Of a stretch of 64,000 nt of DNA, positions 49,683 through 62,502 are shown one piece after another; position 1 is the stretch's first letter; every line of letters starts with the position of its first letter. Under the pieces are notes generated by a model, which was not told the DNA's origin, did no database searches, and worked only from the letters and a program-made list of their open reading frames with translations. This DNA comes from Azolla caroliniana (taxonomy: Eukaryota; Plantae; Polypodiophyta). The translations under genes were made by a program, and so were the position numbers. Location of the stretch: contig JBHGNT010000009.1 in the NCBI GenBank assembly GCA_043228905.1, positions 12,710,001 to 12,774,000 on the forward strand. The letters run 5' to 3'.

Positions 49683-50891
49683 TGTCAGGATCAATACTAA
49701 GACAGAGAAGGAATTAGTACTAAAAGATGAGGATTAGTACTAAGAGAGGTGTAGAACTCTCGAGAGAAGGAAAGAGTGAGCGAGAGACAGAGAGGGAGAG
49801 AGAGAAAGGGTGAGAGAGAATGATGACAAAAGATATATATTATGTGAAGAGAGTATATAATAGTAGCTAGGAGGCTTAAGACTGGCGTTGAACCGATTTG
49901 GTTCGAAATAATGACTTGTGCCTCCTTTTATAGTGTTCTCAGGAGTACTCCTGAAGTTTCTAGAATGTTCCAGAGAACTCTAGAATATACATCAATTTCC
50001 AATAATAAAATTTAAATGAAAATAATATCTTTCGCATTACAATGCATAGTCTAATGGTAAGAGCTCGACCCATGTAGCATAAGATCATGGGTTCGAGTTT
50101 TGCCATATCATGACACTATCCCCCCTTTAAAACGACGAGTGTCACGAGTCGTTTTGGATTGAGGACCCGGTTTGTCTGGATATTGATGATGGAAGTCTTC
50201 AAGAAGAGCACGAGCATTGGTCACATTCTCTATCGGTTCCCAAGTACGCTCGCTAGAACTATATCCTAGCCAATCGACTAGATAGTAGAGCTTGTTGCGA
50301 ACAATCTTGGAATCAAGGATGTCGGCAACCTCGTACTCAGGTCCATCTTCAAACTCGATTGGGGGTGGAGGTTGTGTAATACGTCCTGGGATGGTGCTCT
50401 CTTGATAGGGTTCAAGGAGAGAACTATGAAACACCAGATGTATCTGAAGTTGCGGAGGTATAGATCGAGACGAAAAGCGACATCATTAATCTTTCCTATA
50501 ATACGGAAATGACCTAATCGCCGATAATCCAACTTCTCGCATGGGCGAGTATTCTTGATGTGTCGTCGTAGTAGCCATACCCGATCTCCAATGTTAAAAT
50601 TGGATGGAAGTTGATGACGATCCGCGTAAACCTTGTGTGTTTGTTGAGCTTACTGGAGATGAGTCGATAAATCGGCTTGTATCTTGCGTAACTACTCTAA
50701 ACGATCCTCTGTGCAAGGATTTGTAGACAACTCTGGGGTTTCAAATACACACCACCGGGGGTGACAACCCGTATAAGCATAAAATGGCGTAAATTTAGTC
50801 GATGCGTGTATAGAGTTATTATAGACAAATTCGGCGAAGTGGAGAATATCTGCCCAGTCATCCTGATGATAGCTTAGAAAGAATCGAAGAT
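49683..50891 (-). mobile_element. 3' end of a Tcn1-like chromovirus (3' LTR 49683-50115, PPT, chromodomain, integrase C-terminus)
   Basis: EYEVADILDSKIVRNKLYYLVDWLGYSSSERTWEP canonical chromodomain; AAAGGGGGGATAG PPT. Interrupted at 50892. Confidence 0.92.
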
Positions 50892-53439
50892 TGTTACCGA
50901 CCGGCAAAGAAGGCTTAAGGAGGTCCAAACCAGAGTGTGAAAGGAATAGTTATTCGGGAGCTGTTGTAATTAGTAGTCTTAATATATACATATTATTATA
51001 TAAGATGATGTGGACGGACGGACCGGAATCGGTATGCCGATCCGAATCTAGAACGATTCCGTAAAGGTGCCGGTTGGCACTGTTTTATATTTCGCACCGG
51101 AGACCTATATAAAGGCCCGGTTACAATGTAATGAGGAGCGGATAATTAATAAAGCTTATTGTCTTAATCTTCAAGTGTTGATTACCGTTCTGCATTTATT
51201 GTTATATCTTACGCGTGTTAATTACGGATGACTAAGTAATCGATTAAGGTCTAATTAAGCGTTGTGCCGTAAGTCATTCTGCCGTACCACCCTTTGGTGA
51301 CGTGTCTTAAGTGGACACCCTATGTTAGGATGTTGTCCGGCCCTAGCAATAACACAGTTTTTGGCGACCACGATTCCTGCATTATCGCAGTGAACAACGA
51401 CAGGAATGGATGACTAGGCCAACAGACGACCCGGTTATGGAGAGAGCACGAAGACTTGCTGAACGGAGATGGCGGCGAGAGGCTTTTCAGCAAGCAACGG
51501 AAGAAATCCGAACAGATCGATCATTTTCCAAAGTGATCCGGAAAGTGGCGGAGGAGTCGCTCCGTCTGCAACAAAACGCTGTCGCGTTGTTACGCGCGTG
51601 CATGGAGAAAGGCGGGACCACCGGGGTCTTGGACCAGGGAGTGACGGAGCGTAGGAAGTCGTGCTTCACCGTTTCCGGGGAATCCCAAAAGAACACCGGA
51701 AGTGACCGAAGGGAGAGAGAGAAAGAGAGGGAGCGCGCTCTTAACACCGACTCACGCACACACACGCACACACACACGCACACACATGCCGACCCGACTC
51801 ACGCCCTTATGTACAGGAAACGTAGGAAAGGGGAAGCACCCGACACCAACAGAGACGCGAACATACACAAACAGACGCAAACGTATATATATATATATAT
51901 ATATATAGAAGAAGAATACATTCCCGGCTTCGAGTCGGACCAAGATAGCTTACAACAGTCGTCTGCTGTCAAGCCGCCGTCGGGGAGCTCTCGGGCTCGT
52001 CGCGCCAAGCGGGGTCTTGCACAGGAGATGAGCTGCAGCAAACCCTAAGCGAACACGAAGGGGCGGGGAGAAGAAGAAGAAGCCTAACTCTAAACCTAAC
52101 AGTATACCCTCTAATGCAAAATGGGCAACCCCTTCACAAAGGGTGTTCCCTTCCTTTTATAGAACAAGGAAAGGGATGCGTTACAATGTGGGACAAATCC
52201 CGCCTTACATGGGATCGTCTGCCCCGACTTGACTACTCTTCGGCGCCATAAAGGTGCCGTCGATATTCACACTAAATGTACATGGGTGCGTACACACGCT
52301 GCACCCTGCCGATGTAGCCAATGTTTCCCGGTTTCCGCCTCTGGCCGAAATTCTTCACGACATCCGCCCCCACCTAACCGCACATCCACCGGTATGTGCC
52401 AAGTCCGGTTGAAGGGTGAGAGATTTCGGCCGGTGAGAAACCGGTCTTCCGTGATCTGCATCCTGGCTCACTGCCGGTTTGACCCATCGGCTTCGAGTCT
52501 TCCTTCGCGCTCGCCTCCCCGTAGGCTCGTTCGACCCGTCGACGGGTCCTCTCCTGCGATCTCCGTAGTACGCGTACTTCCGCTAGCCCTTGTTCGGCTG
52601 TATGAACACCCCGCTCCCGTCGTATGCCCGATTTCCTCCGCTTGAGGCATGCCCGTAGTGGCCCGCTTGGCCCTCGTTGATCATTCGCGTCGTCCTGATT
52701 GCTGTCCCATGTCGTTTCGCGTTGTCCTCGTCCTCTCGCCGCCACCTTCTTTCTCCATGGTCTTACATCGCCGCGTCGGCTCGAACCGCCATGGTCTCCG
52801 GAACGGTGTGGAGGATCCCTTTCCGGCCTTCTCCGTGCTACCTCCGAACCGCGCAACCTATCTCCGCGCTTGCCTTTCCGCTCCGGCACCTCCGTGTGCC
52901 ACATACCCTCGTCCGTTGTTTGGCACTGCCTGTGTTGCACTCCTCGTCGGCCCCCTTTCCGGCCAGATCGTGCTTCGCCGCTCACCCGCATACCAGCGTC
53001 CTTTGCGTCCGAGGAACACCCCGTATTAGCCCACTTGGCCCTTCCCGTCTTCGTGCTGCCGCGATAGGTCCTGAGTCTTCCGCTTGCCGTCGTCCCCTCG
53101 CCCTCACCAGCTTGTCATCCCGGCTTGCCGTGTCAGTCTTCGCTACTTCGACGGAGCTACCGAGATCTACGAAGCGAGTGTGGAGGATCCTCCTCCGGCC
53201 TCTCTTGCCATCCCCTGACTTCGACCCTGTGCAGTCCACTAGGCACTTGTCACCTCGTTCCCGGCACCTCCCTTGTGCCGTCTTCCGCTTCCTTCGTTCG
53301 GCCCCGCCCGCGCCGAACACCGTCCCGTAGTCACGCTTCGATCTGGCCCGCGATGGCCACTTGCGAGACTCTTGTTCTGTCCCAGGTGTGCCTTTCCGGC
53401 CCGACACACCTCCCCGTGTTTGCCGTTACCGGCTCCTTA

Positions 53440-54125
53440 CGAAACCTCGTGTCGTCGGGTCCTGTTCCCTGCCGCCACCGGCCTTCTCCCTCGGTCTTAC
53501 GTTGCCACGTTGGCCGAACAGCCGGGGTCTCCGGATCGGTGTGAGGGTCCCATAGGACCGGACTCCGTTTCTATGCTTGCTGAAATTCGAGTGTCTTTGT
53601 TTGAGTCCCTCCCGGACTCTCCTCGTGTCTTCCGCGTAGTCGGGTCCCGTTTCCCGCCGCCACCTTCCTTCTCCCTCGGTCTTACGTTGCCCCGTTGGCC
53701 GAACAGCCGGAGTCTCCGGTTAAGTGTGGGGATCCCGTAGGACCGGACTTCCTTATGCCCATTGCCTTCGTCACCTCGCCGCCACCGTCAGTATCTTGGT
53801 CTTACGTCGACCGCGTTGCCAACTGCCGAAGTCTCTAGAACCGGTGTGAAGGATCCTCCGTAGACCGCCCGTCCGTAGCCCCTTTTGTCATCGTCACCTC
53901 GCCGTCATCGTCAGTATCTTGGTCTTACGTCGACCACGTTGCCGACTACCGAAGTCTCTAGAACCGGTGTGAAGGATCCTCCGTAGACCGCCCGTTCGTA
54001 GCCCCTTTTGTCTTCGTCACCTCGCCACCACCGTCAGTATCTTGGTCTTACGTCGACCGCGTTGCCAACTGCCGAAGTCTCTAGAACCGGTGTGAAGGAT
54101 CCTCCGTAGACCGCCCATTCGTCTT
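53440..54125. repeat. Tandem repeats inside the gag-only element (two ~185-bp units, three ~120-bp units)
   Basis: CGTCAGTATCTTGGTCTTACGTCGACC...GAAGGATCCTCCGTAGACCGCCC occurs three times; CTTCTCCCTCGGTCTTACGTTGCC occurs twice. Confidence 0.85.
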
Positions 54126-54515
54126 CCCGACCCTGTCCCGGGTCGTCCTTTTCCGCATGCCGAGAGGGCGGTTTACTCCGCACCCTCTCCCGTGGTACCG
54201 ACGTACCGTGTCCTCGGCCTCTTCGTAGGCCAACTCTCTTCCTCCCTCCTGGAATGGTCATCCGGGAGTCCGCTCCGCCCGGTTCTCGCTCGGGTCCGTT
54301 TGTCCTTCCTCCGGATTGCCGAGTGCCGTTCTCCTGTCGCCACCGACTCTCTTGTCGGACTCACGCCGGCACTTGGGCCTGCAACCGGATCGGTGTAAGG
54401 AATCCCATAGGACCGGCTTTCATTCTCTTTCCAACTCTCGACCTTCGCCCGATCGGTCTTTCTCCCCATGTAAAAGAGGGTGGCTCGTCCCGCACCCCCT
54501 TCCGTATCGGCACTT

Positions 54516-55955
54516 TCACGCCGAATCCGGCCCCGATCGAAAGATCCACGACCGGATCACGCTCCACCCGTATCGGAATGCCGATCTCCTCCTGCCGCGT
54601 CCGTCCTTGGCTTCCTCGCAAGCCGTTTCCCATCCGACTTTGCTGGCATCGTGCCAGGACTCCTTGGTACCACCATCCATCTCCTCGGTCTTACATGGGC
54701 ATACGGGTCCGAATGCCGAGTTCTCCGGAATCGGGTCCGTGGGCTCTCGTCCATTCCTTCCCCATATCGTCTCGCCGGTGATTCTCGACCTTTCGCCGCC
54801 GCCTTCCTCCGCTTGGGACTCATGTGGGTACTCGGGCCCGACTGCCATCGCCCCGGGAGCAAGTGTGGGAAGACACAAAGAATCGCCCGTCCGTTTTACG
54901 CCCTTGTCCGTAGCCACCGACTCTTCGTGGTTGGCGGTCGTCTTCTTACCGATCGCGCAAGCCCCGTCTAGGCTTGCTTCTCCCATGACCGGGATCTCGG
55001 GCTGACACGCCCGAAACCGCTGGTCCCAACGTTCCGGTTCCGCGATCTGTATCTCGGCCTCGTCCTTGGCCGTTCTATCTCCGCAAGTCGAGAGGGCGTT
55101 TCGTTCCGCACCCTCTCCCGTGGTACCGTGGTACCGATCTTCCGCCGTCGCGTGGGGCAAGTACATCTTCTCAGTCTCGGCTTGCGGCCTCCGTCTTCCC
55201 TCTTCCTCGAGCATCGCCTCGAGAGCTGCGTATGCCTCCGCAATCCTGGCCCCAACGCCGACCCTTGCCGACTCTCTCTGCCGTTCGGCCTCTTCCCGCT
55301 GTGATGGCACGCCGTCGCGTACCTTCCTCTTAGCCTTCTCGGCTCGCTCGTTGTCTAGCCGTTGGCACACCCTTCCGACCTTCGACCAGTCCTCCGTAAG
55401 CCCATTCGTTCCGTCATCGTCTTCGAGCTCAATCCCGATGGCTTCCCGTTCCGCTCGGTCGATCGACCTGACGAACAAAAGGACTTTGTCCACCCCCACC
55501 AAACCTTGTTCCCGCTCTGGGAGCTGGGCAAGGCGTCGCTCGAACTCTCGGAACGCCTTCGTCGCGCCTCGGTGGGTCTTTGCCGATGCTACCCACTGGT
55601 CGAAGTCGTGCCGTCCCCGGCTCTTCCACCATCCTCCGTATGCCTTCAGGAGCGCCTCTTCGAAGGCCTCCCACGAACTATGAGCCTCACGGAGCTCCTT
55701 TACTTCCGCATGCATCCGGACAGCTACGACCCGGCAGAAGAACTCCAGCCTCAACGCCTCGTCTACGCCACGCTCCTCCATTTCCGCATTGTAGGCTTCC
55801 AAGTAAGATGGGACTTTGTCCCCGTTGAAACGGCCGACTCTTTCGACCACTCGCTCAACCGCTTGTTGTGCTGCTTCTCGCCTCATCACCACTCGTGCCG
55901 ACTCCAACACCACTTCGGCCACCATCTCCGCAAGGTCGTCATCTTCCGACTCCAT
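54516..55955 (-). CDS. Retrotransposon Gag-like protein (479 aa, open)
   Basis: Starts just after the PBS. The GRFNGDKVPSYLEAY...SSWEAFEEALLKAYG pattern is capsid-like; the C-terminus is low complexity. Confidence 0.72.
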   Translation of the reverse strand: MESEDDDLAEMVAEVVLESARVVMRREAAQQAVERVVERVGRFNGDKVPSYLEAYNAEMEERGVDEALRLEFFCRVVAVRMHAEVKELREAHSSWEAFEEALLKAYGGWWKSRGRHDFDQWVASAKTHRGATKAFREFERRLAQLPEREQGLVGVDKVLLFVRSIDRAEREAIGIELEDDDGTNGLTEDWSKVGRVCQRLDNERAEKAKRKVRDGVPSQREEAERQRESARVGVGARIAEAYAALEAMLEEEGRRRPQAETEKMYLPHATAEDRYHGTTGEGAERNALSTCGDRTAKDEAEIQIAEPERWDQRFRACQPEIPVMGEASLDGACAIGKKTTANHEESVATDKGVKRTGDSLCLPTLAPGAMAVGPEYPHESQAEEGGGERSRITGETIWGRNGREPTDPIPENSAFGPVCPCKTEEMDGGTKESWHDASKVGWETACEEAKDGRGRRRSAFRYGWSVIRSWIFRSGPDSA

Positions 55956-56283
55956 CCTCCCTCGCTGCCTTTCACGTCGGGTTCACCAAATATGTCGCGT
56001 TGTTACGCGCGTGCGTGGAGAAAGGCGGGACCACGGGGGTCTTGGACCAGGGAGTGACGGAGTGTAGGAAGTCGTGCTTCACCATTTCCGGGGAATCCCA
56101 GAAGAACACCGGAAGCGACCGAAGGGAGAGAGAGAAAGAGAGGGAGCTCGCGCTTAACACCGACTCACGCACACACACGCACACACATGCCGACCCGACT
56201 CACGCCCTTATGTACAGGAAACGTAGGAAAGGGGAAGCACCCGACACCAACAGAGACGCGAACATACACAGACAGACGCAAAC

Positions 56284-56317
<34 letters not shown>

Positions 56318-56773
56318 GAAGAATCCATTCCCGGCTTCGAGCCGGACCAAGATAGCTTACAACAGTCGTCTGCTGTCAAGTCGCTGTCAGGGAGCTCTCG
56401 GGCTCGTCGCGCCGAGCGGGGTCTTGCACAGGAGATGAGCTGCAGCAAACCCTAAGCGAACACGAAGGGGCGGGGAGAAGAAGAAGAAGCCTAACTCTAA
56501 ACCTAACGATATACCCTCTAATGCAAAATGGGCAACCCCTTCACAAAGGGTGTTCCCTTCCTTTTATAGAACAAGGAAAGGGATGCGTTACAATGTGGGA
56601 CAAATCCCGCCTTACATGGGATCGTCTGCCCCGACTTGACTACTCTTCGGCGCCATAAAGGCGCCGTCGATATTCACACTAAATGTACATGGGTGCGTAC
56701 ACACGCTGCACCCGGCCGATGTAGCCAATGTTTCCCGGTTTCCGCCTCTGGACGAAATTCTTCACGACAACGC

Positions 56774-59700
56774 CTACCCGGACGAAGGAAGCAACTTAAG
56801 CAGCCTCCGGGAAGCGGAAACCCTTCTCCAAGCCTTGGCTGGAAGAGATGGCGAATCCGAAGTATTTTTAGCACTGGAATCGGATTCGGAAGGGGGTTAC
56901 AACGCGCATACGAACTATCGCAGCAGTAACGACACCCTAGGAGGACCAAAGGACGAGAAGTCGGATACCTTACCGACACTGGAACCAGAGTTGGCAGACC
57001 GAGAACCTCCGACACTCGTCGTGGAGCAACCTCCAGAGACGAAAGTGCACTGGCAAAAACTTCCAACACCGGAAGTCGAGCCGGCAACACCAAAGGAAGA
57101 CCGGCAAAGACCTCAGACGCCGGCGGAACAGTAGGAAAGACCATTGACACCACCAGGCCGCGTACCGACACCGGACGACGATATGCCGTTCCAATACTCC
57201 AAGTATTGGGATGACCCGGATGTGGAGGCTCATGTTCACGCGTTTGAACAAACATGGGAAGCAAACCATGTGTCACAACGGCTAACCGCGGCAGAAGAGG
57301 AATGATCCAAGATAGCCGAATTCGGCGTAACATTAGAAGGACCAGCCGCCAGATGGCACCGGACGCAGGATCGCAGCACCATCACTGCCTTTGCGGACCT
57401 AAAAGACAAATTCTTGCACTTCTTCCAGAAGGAGGTGGATTAGCGAGAAATGGTGGGCTTATTTTATACAATTCGGTAGCATTCCGAGGAGAGCATCCCG
57501 CAGTTTGTAATCCGGTTTCAACGGATGCACAACCAGCTTACACGCACACCTCCGGAGGAAGAAACACGAGCTATATTTTTAGCAACGCTCCGGGAACCTC
57601 TACAAACGGTATGCACGGTCATTGACTTTCGCACAAGCACCGTCGACCAGGTCATCGACCGGGTTAGAGAAATGGAAAAAACGAGCTCTTGGCTAACAAT
57701 GGGAGCCCTCCAACGAGCATTACCAACCGATGAGGATCTCCGTTTCCGGCAAGCAATGCAATGCACGACTTGCTTGAATTCCGGACACTCGTCACTGGAG
57801 TGCACTATGCGGACACATTGCTTACTCTGCCAATCTAGGAGCCACACGATGGACAGGTGCGAATATAACTTATTGAATTGGCAAGCTCCACCAGTCCGGC
57901 AAATCGAGCCACGTAGCAGCCAAGACGAAGAAGACGAACGCTAGCAACGAGAGGAGCGATATCAACCGACACAAGATGTCCGGTACGACAATCCGCGAGA
58001 CAACTACGATTGGTACAAGAGATACGACAAGTACCGAGATTACAATGGATGGTACAAGCATCACAACCGGGATCACTCCCCCAGGTATCACCAACGACGA
58101 GAAGATTACGGGAGGTATGACGACCAACCCCGGCAAGGGTACTGCAACAAAAAGAATTTTAATAAAAATCGACATTTCAAAAACGGGAGCCACCCACGTG
58201 AACCGGAAAAAGGCGCCTCAAGCAGCCAACCAGACCAGAGCCCCGCGGTTACCACAAGTCCTCCACCGGGTACAGGAAACAATGCCGAATCCAGCAACAC
58301 CCGGAAAGCATATTGCTATTACTGCCGGCAAGAAGGACATTATAGTAATCAATGTCCGGCAAAAAGCTATGATAAGCGACCGGCAGTAAACATGGTAGTC
58401 GCCGAAGTCGCATACCTCCAGCAGGGTCACCACAAGGTCGAAGGGGAATTCTACGGAATGGGAGACACAAGAGGCCATCCGGAAACAGGCGACGGAATGG
58501 GTGAAAAAGGCAAATGAGCGAAACGTAACAGAACTCGCGCAACAGAAGGAGAACACCGAAGAGCTCGCCGGCGGCAGTCAGTCTGAAAACGCGACATGGC
58601 AGGTATTGTAGGAATGCCAGATCACGCTGTCGTTAGGACGACTCTTGCAGCTAGTACCAAGATTCACAGAAGGACTCAAGTCTGGCATGACGACAGGCGG
58701 AACACCACCGACTCCGTCATTCTTCTCAAATCCGGAGGAGGGACCTGCCGTGGTGGACACCAACAGTCCGACAATTACGGCCATTGTGAAAGGGAAAGAA
58801 CTCCCCGGCACGATAATAGACGGAGGTTCCAGAGTTAATGTAATCAGCCCCCGGACATGCGATGCTCTTGGAATCCGAGAGTGGGAGCCATGTCCGTTTT
58901 GGCTCCGAATGGCGGACACAAGCTCGGTGCGACCGACAGGTTCAATACGGAACTTGGAAGTCACCATCGGGGGCCACACATTCCGAATCTCAGCCGTAGT
59001 TCTCCAGTTGTAGGCTGAAGGAGCTTACCCATTATTGTTGGGACGTCCTTGGTTAAAAACGGCACATATCAAGCAGAACTGGAGGAGGAATATGATTACG
59101 TTCCGGCGGGGAAAGCGAAGGTACGGGTACCAACACACCCAAGGAAGGGCACCGGCAAGGATCTGACACCGTTATATGCAGAGTGTGTCAATATGCTGGA
59201 AGGATTAGCAGACGAAGAAGAAGAGCAGTACTTGCTGGAGAACCCGAAGATTGTACCTCTAATCGAAATTGACGTCGCGGAAGCGGTATCACCCTACTTA
59301 CTGCAATCGGACGGAACCGAAGCGGAACCGGATAAAGAAGCAATCCGGGAGTTACGACATGCACAGGAGGCGTTGGAAAGGGAAATGGCCGTATCCCAGC
59401 GTGTAAAAGCGTCCCAATTAGAAGAGGTAAATCTAGGAACGGTGGAGGAGGTAAAACCGGTGCACATCGTCAAAGAAATGAATGCAGAGAACAAAACGGC
59501 GACAATTACACTCCTCAACGAGTTTCGCAACGTCTTTGCCTGGTCGTATGAGGATATGAGAGGCCTGGATCCTCAGTTGTATCAGCACCAGATACATCTG
59601 AGCAAAGACGCCAAGCCGGTAGCACAGCATCGGTACCGGATGAACCCAAACTACGCCGCCAAAGTCAAGGAGGAGATCGACAAATTATTGAGGGTCGGCT

Positions 59701-62443
59701 TCATTCGTCCCGTAAAGAAATCTACATGGCTGAGCCCGATTGTAGTCGTACCGAAAAAGAACGGCAAAATTAGAGTTTGTGTCGACTACCGGAAGCTCAA
59801 TGCGTCAACGGTAATGGATGCATTTCCACTTCCGTTTACGGATGGAGTTTTGGATGCCGTCGCCGGCCATGAAGTCTACAGTTTCTTAGACGGATTCAGG
59901 AGGTATAATCAGATCCGGATGCACCCTGAGGATCAAGAGAAAATGGCTTTCGTCACCGAATGGGGAGTGTTTTTTGTGGTGGTGATGATGTTCGGGTTGA
60001 AAACGGCACCAGCAACATTCCAACGGATCATCATGGAGATCTTTGGCGAATACATATTGGCTTTTATGCAGGTGTTCCTGGATGACTTCGCCGTCTATAG
60101 CAGAGAAGAAGATCATTTGCAGCATCTCAGACTAGGTCTAGAGAAGTGCAGGGCATACTGGCTAAGCTTGAACCCGGCGAAGTGTGTATTTGGAGTGTCT
60201 AGCGGAACGCTACTAGGGCATATAGTGAGCAAGGAAGGCATTGCCGTAGATCCGGACAAAGTGAAAGCAATCCGGGAAGCACCGGCACCGGCAACGGCAA
60301 AGGCATTGAGCCGTTTCCTAGGACAAATCCGCTGGCATAGCCATATGCTCCGATATTTGGCGGACTTGGCTACACCTCTGCATGCGGCACTACATCGAAC
60401 ACCGTTCCAATGGATCGACATCGAAGACAAGGCGTACCGGGCACTAAAGTTGTTATTGTCACAAGCACCGGTAGTGCAGCCTCCGGATTGGAGTAAAGAG
60501 TTTCATGTGTTCGTGGATGCTTCTGATATCGCAATCGGCAGCGCGCTCATGCAGCTTACCAAGCCAAGGTGGTACCGGCCAATATACTATGCCAGCCGGA
60601 AGCTATCCCAAGTGGAACAAAATTATTCTACCACGGAAAGGGAGGCTTTAGGAATGATCTACAGTGTAACAAAATTCAGGCATTATTTATTGGGAAGAAA
60701 GTTCTCCTTCCATGTAGATCATTCGGCAGTCCTCTACCTAGTATCCAAAGCGTCACTTACCGGTAAGCTGGCCTGATGGACTTTGTTGTTGCAAGAGTTC
60801 GAATTCGAGATATTCCACCGACCCGGCATACAGCATGCGGTCGCTGATTATCTAAGCCGGTTAGATTCCGGGGAGATAGGTGACAGAGTACCGGGCGAGT
60901 TTCCGGATGCAGAGCAGAGCTTTTTTGAGTCACCACGGAAGCGGCAACAGATGAAACGGTGGCACAAGAAGATAAGTGGCTAACTAATATGCACAAGTTT
61001 CTGAGTACCGGATGGCCTCCAGAGGAGATGAACCGGGATGAGAGGAAACGCTTGGCGGTACAGAGCCAACACTTCTGTTTATTACAGGACACGCTATACC
61101 ACAAAGGTGTAGACGGTATCTGGCGATGAGCGGTGCGTAACGATGAGACGAAGGTAATACTACGGGAGGCACACTGCGGAGTCGCCGGAGGCCATTATGC
61201 CGGAGATGCGACGGCAAGGAAAGTATGGCAAAGTGGCCTATGGTGGCCAACCACATTGAAAGATGCAATCCGGTATGCGAAGGAGTGTGATCTATGCCAA
61301 CGAATGGGTCAGCCAACGGAACAAGCTCGGATGCCACACCAGCTAGTCCTACCACTAGAACCATTCCAGAAATGGGGGCTGGATTTCGTCGGGCCATTTA
61401 AACCCCTGGCAAAGAGAACCTGCAACCGGTACGCGATCGTCGCGATGGATTATTGCACTAAGTGGGTGGAAGCGAAAGCCCTACGAGACAACACCGCGGC
61501 GTTAACGGTGAAATTCTTATATGAATGCATTTGGTGCCGGTACGGATGCCCCATAGAGCTGATAAGCGACCAAGGAGGGCACTTTCTTGGGCAGGTGGTA
61601 GAAAGTTTGACGACGTTCTATGCGGTAGTATGTAAACGAAGCACACCGTACTACCCGCAAGCAAATGGGTTAGCTGAGTTGACGAACAAAACGCTCCAGA
61701 ATATCCTCCGGAAGATCATCAATGAAAATCGGACAAATTGGGACACAAAGCTACACAATGCGCTCTGGGCTTACCGGACAACGTACAAAACAAGCATCCA
61801 GACAACACCATTCCGGTTAGCATTCGGATTGGAGGCAGTCATGCCGGTCGAGGTCCAGGTACCAAGCTTATGGATTAAGATTCGGGAACGATTGAACGAA
61901 AAGGAATCGGAGGCAGTTCCGTTAAAGGCTCTGTGCGAACTGGAAGAACACCGACTGACGAGCATTATACACCTAGAATTGGAACAACGGAGACGGAAAG
62001 CATTTGTAGATCGGCACCGGAAGGGAAACGAAATGATGTTCGGGACCGGCAAGCCGGTACTCGTGTTCCAGACCCGGATGGGCAAAATGCCAGGTAAACT
62101 ACGGTTTAGATGGACCGGACCGTACTTGATCACACGCGAGTTCAATGGGTTCTACCAGTTGGGGACACTTGCCGGGGAAGTGCTGGGCAAATGGGTCAAC
62201 GGATTTAGACTAAAACCAGACAAAGGACCTATGCCTAAGAACCCATTTGAACGAAAAGCCGCCACCCAATTAGACGCTGGCAGGCCAACCATAACGACAA
62301 CCGGTGAAGACGACGGCTACCACCAAGCCAGTAAGGAGGAGCATGAGCCGGCAACTGAGGAGAGCAGAACGACGACAAACCGACAAGGGGCCTGCAAGTT
62401 GCACGCTTCGGGCAAAGGTCCGACAGGACTGGAGAAAAACTAA
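56774..62443 (+). pseudogene. Gag-pol of the Athila/Tat-like element, with stops and frameshifts
   Basis: Three CCHC knuckles (CTTCLNSGHSSLEC, CLLCQSRSHTMDRC, CYYCRQEGHYSNQC), followed by PR, RT, RH and INT motifs. Confidence 0.92.
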
Positions 62444-62502
62444 CCACACAAGTAAGTTAAAAAAAAGAAGAAGAAGAGAATAAAGGAGCGAATCAAATAA
62501 AT

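Larger units (their letters stand above)
51580..56769 (-). mobile_element. Non-autonomous gag-only LTR element (TR-GAG-like) with tRNA-Trp PBS
   Basis: LTRs at 51580-52362 and 55993-56769. 4-bp TSD ACGC. 18-nt PBS at 55971-55988. PPT GGTTAGGTGGGGGCGGA next to 52363. Confidence 0.93.

Noticed and set aside
51410-52048. 212-aa and 195-aa (55868-56455) ORFs as a duplicated gene
   Set aside because: They are read-through into the two LTRs, including microsatellites.
52229-55255. Many overlapping 100-230 aa ORFs on both strands
   Set aside because: Expected from GC-rich repetitive sequence; no recognisable domains.
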